Source: an uncultured Bacteroidales bacterium
GTDB lineage: Bacteria > Bacteroidota > Bacteroidia > Bacteroidales > JBBRXJ01
Reading direction: 5' to 3'
Length of the DNA: 64,000 nucleotides
NCBI GenBank assembly: GCA_964345135.1
Contig: CAYFQI010000001.1
Span: 3,851-67,850 of the forward strand
Every line of letters starts with the position of its first letter. Position 1 is the stretch's first letter. The notes under the pieces are model-generated. The model saw nothing but the letters and a program-made list of their open reading frames with translations, did not search any database and had not been told where the DNA came from. The translations under genes and the position numbers were made by a program. Shown here in pieces: positions 1-10,300 of this stretch.

Positions 1-3000
1 TGCTGTCATACGGTCATTAAATGTTCCGGGAGTATTATCTGAACTTTTAACCTGTAAGGCCCATGTAGCTATGTTGCCATTGTACAGGTTGGTGCTGTTG
101 TCTGCAAAATTATTGATGTCATTAAAGGGAGACTTATCCGTGCCATATGTTTTGGCAAAATCCCCCTTAAAATACCCGAGGCTCATACCAAAGACATCTT
201 TTAGGCATCCATCATCATCTTCATCATCCTGCCCGGGGTCATAGCCTGTATTGAGTGTAGGATGGTTCAGGGCTTTTAACCAGCCGCCAATGGTATAGGT
301 ATAATCTATCCCCTGTATGTTGTCTTCGCCAATCTGTTTTCGTTTCAGCGGCCCGTGCTGATAATAGTCATATTCAGAGTCTTTATCCCAGATAAACCCG
401 TCTTTTGATGTCCATACGGTCGTGATCCTGTTGTCGGCATCATATTCATACCGGTGTACCAGGTAGTCGTTCCGGTATTCATTCAGTTTCACCTGTTTCA
501 CATTGCCACTGATGAGGTCGTAATCATATTTGATCCTGTTTTTCCCGAATCCCGGGATGTCATGTATGAGCCATTTCACGTTCCCGTGTGCATCATAACT
601 GTAATAAGTCCCTGACCTGTCATGGCGTGTACTGAGGTCACCGTCTTCATCTGTATATGAATAGCTGACCCTGTTGACCAGGTATTCCTGTTCATCGCCG
701 AGGTACCCAATGCCAGTTGCGGGGTCATTATACACGACAATATTTTTGTATTCGCCCCCGCTATAGGGATAGTCATGGTCTTCACTAAAATCTGCCAATC
801 CGGCAAAATCTGTCACATCACCGAGTTCATGCCGCCCGGACTCGATGATCCGTCCGAGGTGGTCGTACTTGGTATATGCATAGTGGCCGTATTCATCCTG
901 TTTTGCATTTTGAGAAAAACGCAGGAGCGACTTGTTGTCATAAATAAAATGCGTTGTGCCGCCGTCAGGCGTGTATTGTTCTGTGAGCTGTTGTAAGCCG
1001 TTGTATTCATATTTGGTTGCCATTCTGTGATCAGGAAGCCCTTCTGTAACATTTGTTCCGCCTGTCCTCATGACCATGATTTCATTGATTTCATCCATAT
1101 CAAGCAAATCCACACCTTCCGGGGGCACTGTCTTGGTGAGGTTGCCCGCCCGGTCATAATAGTATAACGTGTATTGATAGTAAGGCAGGTTGTAGGTGAT
1201 TTCCATCTTATCCATGAATGTTCCGGGGTTTAGGCATGTCTCTTCAAAACCCAGCTCAATGGTTCCCTGCATCTGTTCTTTGCAGTCATTTACTTTTTCC
1301 AGCATTTCATTCTGCATTTCTTCAACCACTTCCACGATCTCTATGTCTTCTATGATTTCAGGTTCAGGTATGGTTCTGTCCTGGTTTTTAAAGGCATAAA
1401 CAAAGTTAAAGATTACCGGGTTTTCTCTTCCCGTGACTTCAACCTGGTTATCTGACCGGACAGTACATCCTGACTCCGTGCTCACGGCAACGATATAATT
1501 CCCGGGTGCCAGGTTTGAAGCAATTCCATAATAGGTTGTCTGTTCGGTTACCTCGGTGATGTTGCCGTCGTCTTCTTCCTGCAGCCTGATCCATTCGTAT
1601 TTGTATGTTTCTTCTACAGGAGCCGGGGATACATCTACTTCGGCAATACATGGCCCGCCGGTGAGGTTATCCAGCGTGAATAAGTCAGGAGCATCGGGGA
1701 TACTAAAAGTAGTGTCGGCCATGCATCCCCGGCCGTCAAATACCTGGACGGTATATGAATCGCTGGTGTATATGGTGTCGGCTTTGGCTGTATAGGAGAT
1801 GGTGTCGTTCGCGTAATGATCAATCCAGATATAATGGTAATCCCCTACCGCGCCATTGGCATAAGCAGTGGCCTTGCCAACAACATCTCCCGGACACTCC
1901 GGGGGGTCTGTTAATAAGTTCATGGTCAACGGGCTGCCTTCTTCCACGTCAAAATCTGTTTCGCCCTGGCATCCCGTGGTGGTTTCTGTTACACGGAGCC
2001 TGTAGGTGCCCGGCGCCAATAGTGGATCTTCGGTGGCATGAGATAAAGCGGTTTCATTTCCTGTTTCATCCAGGCTAAACCAGTTATATTCAAATGCCGG
2101 GGCAATGTTTGCTCCCAACAGGGCCGGCTCTGCTTTGACGTTTACTTCCCCGGAGCCGCACGAGATGGTATTGTCTACACTCACCACCACCTGTGGCTGT
2201 GATACGCCAATGCCATTTTGTTTCAACACGCATCCGTTTTGTTGTTCCACGGATACATGGTATTGCCCGGCCACGAGGTTCGAAAACGTATAAGGCATAG
2301 TGGGAGATGTTATTTCTGTTTCATTAAGTGTGACATAAGATACAAGGTTATTTTGCACAGATAGATTTACAGTCACTTCGCCTGCATTTGGATTGTCGCA
2401 CGTGGCATGTTGTGTTTCGATGATTAGTTCGGGCCCATCATAAGGTATATCCACTGTAAACACGCTGCTGCATCCGCTGTTGTCATTGATGATGGTGATG
2501 TAATTAGTGCCCTGTGAGAGGTTGTTTAAGGCCAGGGGATTATCTCCTTCATCCCAGAAAGCTTCTTGTCCGTCTCCCCAGCGAATGGTATATGAATCGC
2601 CGGAAGCTGCATTGGTGACCTCCACTTCTGCACTGCCGTCATTCCACCCGGGGCATGTAACACCACTGATGGGCGTGATATTTGCTTCGGGCACGGGTAT
2701 TACTGAAACCGTGGCCTCTGCCGGATTGGAAACACCACAGTTGTGGCTTAATTCAACCGTGTAGGTGCCGGATTCTGTCACATGAATGGCTTTGCTGCCC
2801 TGGTTTATAATTATATCTTCATCTTTGTTTTTCCAAAGATAATTGTATTCCAATCCCGGCACCCGTGTTGGCGATGAGGTCATCACTGCCTCGAGGCGTA
2901 TGGATTCTCCTGAACAAAAGGTGGTTTGTCCTTCGGGTGTTTCAATGGTAAGGCCGGGTGGAGATTCGACCAGTACAGCTACAGCAGATGAGTCTTTGCA

Positions 3001-6000
3001 CATCCCGTTTGATGCAGTTAATTTAACCCTGTACTGCCCCGGATTGTCAAATGCATGTCTTGGTTTTTCACGTACACTTTTGTTACCGTCCCCAAAATCC
3101 CACATATACGATAAGCCATCGTCATCATCCCCGGGTTTGAATTGAATTTTAGAGCCCGGACACGCAAAGCGGTCTTCCACGGGCAGGTCTATTTCTGCAT
3201 TTACAGGCATGCCCACGGTGACTGTTTGGGTGTGGCTGGCTTTACATCCATTCCTTACCACACTCAGCGTAACATCATATGCTCCTTCTTCTTTGTACAG
3301 GTGAAGGGGCGATTGGGCATACGAGGTGTCTTCGTCTCCAAAGGCCCATTCGTATTGTGTAGGGCCGGCAGGTGCAGAGAATGCCATGGGATACCCGAGG
3401 CAACCGTCTTTTACATAAAAAACCGGATCGGGGTTGCCCACCATTACCAGCACAGAGGTATGTGTTTCTGCATTTTCTTTGGTCAGTGTGAGCATAACCG
3501 TATAATTGCCATCGGACTCATAGTCGTGCGATACATGTGTAAGATTAATGCCCTCCTGTGGTGTAGAACCATCGCCAAAGTCCCACTTGTAGTTTACATC
3601 CCCTTCTATGCTGCCTGCATAAAATTCGGCATGGGTATTGTCGCACGAGGTATTGAAGCTAACCTCGGTGGTTTCGAGTACGATGATATGGCGGGTTACA
3701 GACAATTCTTCTAATCCACTCCGCGCTGTAATGATGACTTCATGTTGTCCGACAGATAACTGCGGCGGGTACCAGGATATGTGGCCTGTAATAGAATTTT
3801 CGGAGCCATCTGTAACAAGAATGGCGTCATCAGGATTGTAATCAGTAAATGGAGTGCCGTCTGCACGAACAGAAATATTGGCAAGGGCATCCGGATCTGA
3901 TGCCGTGAATTCAGTGATCAATTCATGATGCTGGAAAACGTAAATGGGGCCCTGGTCTACAATAAGCTGAAGATTAGATGTATACGTAATGTCTCTTGGA
4001 GTGCAAAACTCGGAGGTGTTGTTATCTGTATCTGTAATGGTAGCAGCTACTTTGTCTCCCGGCTGTAATGACAGGCCTGATAAATTAAACTGGCATACAT
4101 AATTACTTCCTGACGATGCATTGCTTTGGCTGTTTAAAAATGTGTAATGTTTCGTATTATCAGGATACATTCTTACAAGATATAATTCCACCACTCCCTG
4201 TCGTGCAGAAGTAACTTCGGCATCTACTTCACTTATAGATATCGATGATGCACTGGTAATGGAAGGTGAAGAAATGTTATCGTTGCAATTATTATCAAGT
4301 TGTATGGGAGCAAAATCCCCAAAGATTAAATTCAGTTCATATTTGTTTTCGGAAATAAAAATGTAGTTAGAATTTTGTAATAATAAAATAAGATTACATC
4401 CCCAATAATAATTGCCTTTGATAGTATTTTCATTACCAATTCCCCCTATAGTACAATATTCAGAATTTTGAATATATACAGGGTTATTAGAATATATCAC
4501 ATTGTTCGTTAATACAATATGTTCTGATTCTTCTATCTGTACTCCATCATTTAAAACACAACTATCTATAAAACAATTATTCGTTTGCTCAATAGTACCT
4601 CTACCTTCAAAAAGTATATTTTTGATCGTTGAACCTGATCTAACAAAAAATATCAAAGAAGACCAATCAATTATAATTTTTTTCTCACCATCCTCTACAT
4701 CTCCCGGTTGAGTGTTTCCATTCATGATTACCGGGCTTGAAATGGTAATTTTTCTTACCAGATTAATGGTATAAGGTAACGGCCCCTCTGAGGAAGGGAT
4801 GTTAAATATGATCTCGGGTGTCTCACTGCAGTTCACCCCTGCATTAATCTGTTCTATCGCATCACGGAAAGAACCCGGTATGGGTGCTTCGCCATCAGCG
4901 TAATCCTGGGTGTTGGTGACTTCGATGGTGCATTGTTGAGGAGACAATGTTACTTCTAATGGTTCAGAGTATAGAGTGAGTTCATCTAACACATCATTGG
5001 TTACAACAGCCCTGTAACGCCCTTCATCTGTTGATGCCATGCTTGTAATCACCAGCTCTCGGGTTGTTTGTCCGGGAATATCCACAAAGGCTGAGCCATC
5101 CCATTTCTGCCACTTGTAATGGTTCGTGCCGTAATCATTGTCAATGCTTTGGTCTATGCCACAGTCGTAACGAAGTTCGTCCCCTTCAGGAACATTTACT
5201 GTTTCATCGGGAAGAGCAAAGTCGTTTTGGGGGTTGTAACGGAAATAATGAAAAGTAGAAGAACTGAAAGGATAAATGTCTTCAAAAGTTAGATTATTAT
5301 CAGAAAAACCAAAATAAAGTAAGTTTTCTAAGTTGCTTAATTCGTCAGGGATGTAGTATAAATTCAATCCATATAGATATAACACTCTTAAAGTCTTTAT
5401 ATCTGCTAACTCTCTAGGTATTGGTTCTGAAATACTTGTCCTAGAAATATTAAGATTCCTTAGCTTAGTTAAATTGTTTATAGAAGATGGGATTGTTCCC
5501 GAAATGTTTGTGTCATTATCGATACTTAATAAACCTAAATTAACCAATTGATCAAAATCTGCAATATCTGCATTAATTTCCGTATTACCAAAATCGACAT
5601 GAGTAAGAGTTAATCTTTCAAAAAAAACAGGTGGCAATACATCATCAAAAGAAGTACTCCTTAAATATATTCTTTCTAATTCAGGCATATTTAGGGTATT
5701 GGGGATATAACCCGCGAGATTCCTATTATAAGATAAATATAGATATTCCAAAATGATTAAATTTTCCCAAAAAGACACAGGTACAGTACCTTTAAGATTA
5801 CAAGAAGCAAGATCAAGTACCTTTAACGTTGTTAATCCTGAAATTCCAGGTGGAAAATCAGATTCATCAAACTTATTCCTTGACAAATATATTTTTTCTA
5901 TTTTCTCCAAATATATAATATCTTCCGGGAAATCACCTGTCAAATCACAACCAGCAAAGTTTATTATTTTTAGTTTTTTTAAATTTTCATATCCATCAGT

Positions 6001-6720
6001 AGGTAATCCACCTGTAAAATCACTTCCACTTAAAGTAATTTCTTCAATATTGTTTGATCCCTTAAATGAAGGAGCCTTGCCTTCAAGTGGTTCGGAATTT
6101 GCATACCATGTATATATTGTTTTTAACGCCGGCATCTCTTCAAAATCATGAACCAATTTCCATCCTTCAGCTCTATTATGACTAAATCTGAATTCTTCGA
6201 GTTTTTTTAAATTTTGTAAATCCGGTATATCCCCGGTGAATGCGTTGCGGCTTAAATTAAGATTCACCAATTCTGTCAACTCTCCTACTTCACCAGGAAC
6301 TACTCCGCTTAAATTACAATTTTGTAAATACAAATCCATCAAGCTGCCTTTTACATTACTTATAGATGAAGGTATCGTGCCATAAAAATCGGAGTTTCCC
6401 GATAGATTAAGGATTTGCAATGCTGTTAAATCAAATACTTCGTCAATAAATCCATTACCATTATCATCCAGGTTTTCATTATTTAAATTCAATCCTATCA
6501 CCCTGTTATTACTCACTGTAATACCTGGCCAGTCTGCCACATTGGTATTTCCGGCAAACCAATCGCTCTTGTGATCCCATATCCAGTTATCATAAATAGC
6601 CTGCAGGGCATCCAAATCCCCACTAGTTACCCCGGTATATTGCCCCATGGCAGGAATGAATACTCCCAGCAGCATCAGTTTTACAACTAACTTTTTCAAA
6701 AATATTCCTTTTTTCTCCAT
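1..6720 (-). CDS. giant secreted LRR / beta-helix / PKD / SprB-repeat / YD(RHS)-repeat protein; N-terminal 2240 codons, 3' end lies beyond position 1
   Basis: The minus-strand frame is open from the ATG at 6720 to the window edge. It is absent from the ORF track because it has no stop in the window, and no listed minus ORF in 1-6720 shares its frame. It starts MEKKGIFLKKLVVKLMLLGVFIPAMGQ (signal peptide). Next come ~24-residue LRRs of the LxxLxLSxNxFxGxIP type (~5280-6640) and a beta-helix cap (GSFRDAIEQIN). Three PKD modules follow (YKWDFGDGS, YEWAFGDED, YMWDFGDGN; ~2990-3700), then Cys-bracketed SprB-type repeats (~1440-2800). YD/RHS repeats fill 1-1190 (YYYDRAGNLTK, YEYNGLQQL, YTKYDHLGRIIE, YSYDAHGNVK, YEYDADNRIT, LYNGNIATW). 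Confidence 0.85.
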   Translation of the reverse strand, partial: MEKKGIFLKKLVVKLMLLGVFIPAMGQYTGVTSGDLDALQAIYDNWIWDHKSDWFAGNTNVADWPGITVSNNRVIGLNLNNENLDDNGNGFIDEVFDLTALQILNLSGNSDFYGTIPSSISNVKGSLMDLYLQNCNLSGVVPGEVGELTELVNLNLSRNAFTGDIPDLQNLKKLEEFRFSHNRAEGWKLVHDFEEMPALKTIYTWYANSEPLEGKAPSFKGSNNIEEITLSGSDFTGGLPTDGYENLKKLKIINFAGCDLTGDFPEDIIYLEKIEKIYLSRNKFDESDFPPGISGLTTLKVLDLASCNLKGTVPVSFWENLIILEYLYLSYNRNLAGYIPNTLNMPELERIYLRSTSFDDVLPPVFFERLTLTHVDFGNTEINADIADFDQLVNLGLLSIDNDTNISGTIPSSINNLTKLRNLNISRTSISEPIPRELADIKTLRVLYLYGLNLYYIPDELSNLENLLYFGFSDNNLTFEDIYPFSSSTFHYFRYNPQNDFALPDETVNVPEGDELRYDCGIDQSIDNDYGTNHYKWQKWDGSAFVDIPGQTTRELVITSMASTDEGRYRAVVTNDVLDELTLYSEPLEVTLSPQQCTIEVTNTQDYADGEAPIPGSFRDAIEQINAGVNCSETPEIIFNIPSSEGPLPYTINLVRKITISSPVIMNGNTQPGDVEDGEKKIIIDWSSLIFFVRSGSTIKNILFEGRGTIEQTNNCFIDSCVLNDGVQIEESEHIVLTNNVIYSNNPVYIQNSEYCTIGGIGNENTIKGNYYWGCNLILLLQNSNYIFISENKYELNLIFGDFAPIQLDNNCNDNISSPSITSASSISISEVDAEVTSARQGVVELYLVRMYPDNTKHYTFLNSQSNASSGSNYVCQFNLSGLSLQPGDKVAATITDTDNNTSEFCTPRDITYTSNLQLIVDQGPIYVFQHHELITEFTASDPDALANISVRADGTPFTDYNPDDAILVTDGSENSITGHISWYPPQLSVGQHEVIITARSGLEELSVTRHIIVLETTEVSFNTSCDNTHAEFYAGSIEGDVNYKWDFGDGSTPQEGINLTHVSHDYESDGNYTVMLTLTKENAETHTSVLVMVGNPDPVFYVKDGCLGYPMAFSAPAGPTQYEWAFGDEDTSYAQSPLHLYKEEGAYDVTLSVVRNGCKASHTQTVTVGMPVNAEIDLPVEDRFACPGSKIQFKPGDDDDGLSYMWDFGDGNKSVREKPRHAFDNPGQYRVKLTASNGMCKDSSAVAVLVESPPGLTIETPEGQTTFCSGESIRLEAVMTSSPTRVPGLEYNYLWKNKDEDIIINQGSKAIHVTESGTYTVELSHNCGVSNPAEATVSVIPVPEANITPISGVTCPGWNDGSAEVEVTNAASGDSYTIRWGDGQEAFWDEGDNPLALNNLSQGTNYITIINDNSGCSSVFTVDIPYDGPELIIETQHATCDNPNAGEVTVNLSVQNNLVSYVTLNETEITSPTMPYTFSNLVAGQYHVSVEQQNGCVLKQNGIGVSQPQVVVSVDNTISCGSGEVNVKAEPALLGANIAPAFEYNWFSLDETGNETALSHATEDPLLAPGTYRLRVTETTTGCQGETDFDVEEGSPLTMNLLTDPPECPGDVVGKATAYANGAVGDYHYIWIDHYANDTISYTAKADTIYTSDSYTVQVFDGRGCMADTTFSIPDAPDLFTLDNLTGGPCIAEVDVSPAPVEETYKYEWIRLQEEDDGNITEVTEQTTYYGIASNLAPGNYIVAVSTESGCTVRSDNQVEVTGRENPVIFNFVYAFKNQDRTIPEPEIIEDIEIVEVVEEMQNEMLEKVNDCKEQMQGTIELGFEETCLNPGTFMDKMEITYNLPYYQYTLYYYDRAGNLTKTVPPEGVDLLDMDEINEIMVMRTGGTNVTEGLPDHRMATKYEYNGLQQLTEQYTPDGGTTHFIYDNKSLLRFSQNAKQDEYGHYAYTKYDHLGRIIESGRHELGDVTDFAGLADFSEDHDYPYSGGEYKNIVVYNDPATGIGYLGDEQEYLVNRVSYSYTDEDGDLSTRHDRSGTYYSYDAHGNVKWLIHDIPGFGKNRIKYDYDLISGNVKQVKLNEYRNDYLVHRYEYDADNRITTVWTSKDGFIWDKDSEYDYYQHGPLKRKQIGEDNIQGIDYTYTIGGWLKALNHPTLNTGYDPGQDDEDDDGCLKDVFGMSLGYFKGDFAKTYGTDKSPFNDINNFADNSTNLYNGNIATWALQVKSSDNTPGTFNDRMTA

Positions 6721-6852
6721 CTGTTACTATTTTTTATAAACCACGGGAAATGTAAAGCTATCACGTCCATTTTTTTTACCCTTCCCGGGGTTGATTGTAT
6801 TTTTTTATTTTAAAATATATTAAGATTCACTGTAATATTGATTTTAGAAATA

Positions 6853-7305
6853 CTAATACACGCTATAGTCGAGCACATTGCTTTGCTCTCCTGTATGGTA
6901 TATGACATACAGCTCTATTGTTGAATCTTCCAGGTCATTTTTGTTTTTTTCAATAAGCAGCCGTATGTTTTTCCCGGATGATTGTATTTGTTTGTTTTCA
7001 TACATTGTATAATAGTTACTCCCGGATTTTTGTATTGTGATGGAACGGGTATCTGCACTTCCATTTTTTTTAATGACAACATGTACCGCGGATACATTTT
7101 CCACTCCTTCTTTTACAAAAAAACTTATTTCTACATCTACATTCACGGATATCTGGCCTTCCGGGTTGAATTTGCGCATGGTTGAAACACTTAAGTTCGT
7201 GATGGAACGGCTATCTTCCATTTCATCTATATATAAGCTGTCCTGCGAATACATGGAACTGATTCCTGTGAATACCAAAAAGTGAATTATTAAAAGTGTT
7301 TTCAT
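6853..7305 (-). CDS. small secreted protein (150 aa), weak paralog of 38002-38415
   Basis: ORF track entry with N-terminal signal peptide MKTLLIIHFLVFTGISSMYSQ. It lies co-directionally between two giant genes. It shows weak colinear similarity to the 137-aa ORF (NYYTMYENKQIQ...ELYVIYHTGEQSNVLDY vs NCYITVNGQQHQ...TLYIYQAGEKTHTLYY). Confidence 0.6.
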   Translation of the reverse strand: MKTLLIIHFLVFTGISSMYSQDSLYIDEMEDSRSITNLSVSTMRKFNPEGQISVNVDVEISFFVKEGVENVSAVHVVIKKNGSADTRSITIQKSGSNYYTMYENKQIQSSGKNIRLLIEKNKNDLEDSTIELYVIYHTGEQSNVLDYSVY

Positions 7306-7378
7306 GTTTATTTTTAATTAAATGTAATTATTCTTTTTTTCTATTCTTAAGTCATTAAACCGCTTCATCATACATTTA

Positions 7379-10300
7379 CTACGGATCAATGGTTGTACTA
7401 CTGTTCACGGGTTCCGAGTATTTTGTCATTTTCCCGTCTGCTTCATCTCGCCAAACCTTCCCGGTTTCATCATCGCATATTCCCTGCTCATTATTGATCC
7501 ACTGGTCATTGCCATCATGGAGATTGGGATAATACGTGCCACAGTCAAAATCATCAAAGTACGTGGTAACATGGACAACAGGATCAAACGCTATGGAATA
7601 CAGGGAAACCGTCACAATTTCATTGGAATTGCTGACTGCCTCAGAGGCAACCTTTGTAAAATCAGCAGCCGGGTCTGTTTTCATCCATCCTGTAAACAGG
7701 GTGTCCCCGGCCGATTCATCTATTTCTTTGTCTATCCTCAGCCAGCAGGGAAACTGTGAGATATTGACAGGGTCAGATTTCTCACTCTCCTGTATTATGC
7801 CGTCTTCGTCTTGATCATACATGAATATGGCCTGGTTGTTTTTGATGGCCAGTTTTACAAACCCGCCTTTTTTCAGGTCGCCGGGGTTGTTGGCCACCAT
7901 GATGCCACCTTCCGACGCATTGTTGAAACGTGCTGTAGAGTCAATCCGTACCGAAGCGGAGAATCCTCCTTTGAAGTCGTCTTTGAACACGGCCACGAAT
8001 TGGCTGTCTGCTTCGCCCCTGGCATGGATATTCAGGCGTTCATTGAATACATACACCCCACTCATGTTCCACCTGTCGCGGTATATTTCGGTCCACTGCG
8101 GATCCAGTCCTGTTGCATCAAAGTCATCGCCGCAATCACATAATGACATATCATTTTGAAGGGCAAATACAAATTCCCAGTTTTTATATTTTTTATAATC
8201 TTCCAAGCTGCATTCAGGCAGTATGACAGGGATTGAATTCTGAATACCTTCCGGATCATTGATTGTTATAAAATCTGTACCGTTTGCATTTATAACCTTG
8301 CATTTAGTAGTGCTATCCAACATGGGATACTCCGATTCATTGTCTGTAAAAATCTGTGTACACCCGGTTTTGCATTCGTCAATCATTTGACCCGTGATCT
8401 GGCGGATGTCTTCTTCCAGTACCACGTTTGCATTGGTAGGGCAGCCCCCGACCTGGTAGCAATTATCAATAAAAGCTTGTTTTACTTTGTTATACACGTC
8501 CTGCCTACTGGATTCGCACAGGTAATCACAGCTGTCCTTCATTTCACCGAACAACTTATCTGCCATTGCATATAATTCATCTATGATCTCCTGGGTGTCA
8601 TCATTATAATCATCTTCTGATAACTTCGGTGCTTCGTAGTCAAGCAGTGCCTGGTAGAACATGTCACGTTCGCTGCTGCTCCAGTAAATGTAATACCTGC
8701 TTCCGCATTTGCATTGGCAAACAGGTGTTTCATGATCCTTATAATTATCATAACAAAAGGCCACTTCAAGCCCGCGGGTGTCGGTATTATAATCTTCATC
8801 ATATTGAAAATATTTATAGGCATACACCGGATTTTTAATGGCAGGCAGGCAAAGGTCATTCTCATTCAAGTCAGTATGGTATTTCTGGTCATTGTATTTG
8901 ATGTGTCGCACGAATTCATCCGAACCGGGGGTATACCCATCTTCATCCTCATTAAACACGTGTTGCAGGCCTCCGGCATCGTCTTTGGTGACAATGGCAG
9001 CAAATTTCTGTCCTGCACAGTTAAAAAATTGTTCTATAATGTTGAATTCAAATTCTACAGGGTCTCCTGTCCCGTCTTCCTGAACATTTTCGGCTTCACG
9101 TACTTTTTTGGAAATTTTTTCATCACTGGTAAACAAGCGGGCAAACCACCCCATGTTTTCTTTCATGCCATCATTAACATGATCGTCTTTTTTGCCTTCT
9201 TCTTCTTCTTCTGCCCCTTCATGCACAGAAGTTGATTTTTTTAACTCATCACGTATCATATCCTGTACAGAAGCCACCACGCTTTTCCAGCATTTCCACA
9301 GGTCTTTGCAGGCATATTGGTATTGGTTATCGCCCGGCCCTACTGGTTCAAGGCTGTTCGGCTTTACCAAATCACCTTCAGCATTCAAAATCGTGGCCCC
9401 GGCATAATATTTGTCCGTGAGCATGTAATACATCATGGAATCGAGGGTTTCGCGGTCATACCCCGGGATAATATTCACGCCTGCTCCTCCTGTCGAGTTA
9501 AGATTGATGAGTTCATCATCAATTAAATTCTGTAGTTCTACCTGCATATATTCCCAAAAACTCTGGAGCGAGTCGGGATGTTCCCGGAGAAAATCGCCCT
9601 TGTAACAACGAATTGGTGGATGATATTTGACAGATATTTCAATATCGCCACAACATCCTCCGCCGATGGTTAAGGTATGAGGGAGATTGCCCAAATCCGG
9701 GTTTTGAATATTAAATTCGGGGGTTAATTCCACTTTATGTTGGGGCATTTCATCAGCATTACCAGGGGCATAAAATTGAAACGTGTCGGCCAGGCGCACC
9801 CTTCCAAAATAATAGCCTGTGTCGGGATACAATACCTTTTGATAATTACCTGTTGCATGGCCTTGTTCCAGCCTGTCGCCAAAGCGTTGTACGTCTTCAT
9901 AAAACTTTAGCATGGCTTCTTCTGTCCTGACTTTTCGAAGCCACGAGTGAAACACGTTCACGAGCGGCTCAATAGACTGGGCATTTTCATTTAATTTAGC
10001 CTCGAGTGGCATGGGATCCTGGTCCGGGATGGTTGAAATGATGATTTTTCGAAACATGTACGTGCCTGCTGGAAGTCCATCTGTTGGAATTTCGGGGGTA
10101 AATGTTACATTATTTACAGCATCAGTAGTTACATTCGAATTACAAACAGATTGCAAATTACTTTTATATTCTTGTCCCGTGTTTACATTGGTAATGGTGA
10201 ATTTCACCTGGTAACCGCAGTCGGCATGAAAGCACTGGCAACCTTTTTCTATGACAGGGCAGGATATCGTGTAATTAATATTTATTGGCGTAGGTTCTGA

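Noticed and set aside
576-6151. About 24 small track ORFs on both strands inside 1-6720 (e.g. 3142-3714 +, 5753-6151 +, 1755-2078 +, 576-806 -)
   Set aside because: All lie inside the single 6.7-kb minus-strand frame of the LRR/PKD/YD giant, antisense or out of frame. Their translations are low-complexity with no motifs.
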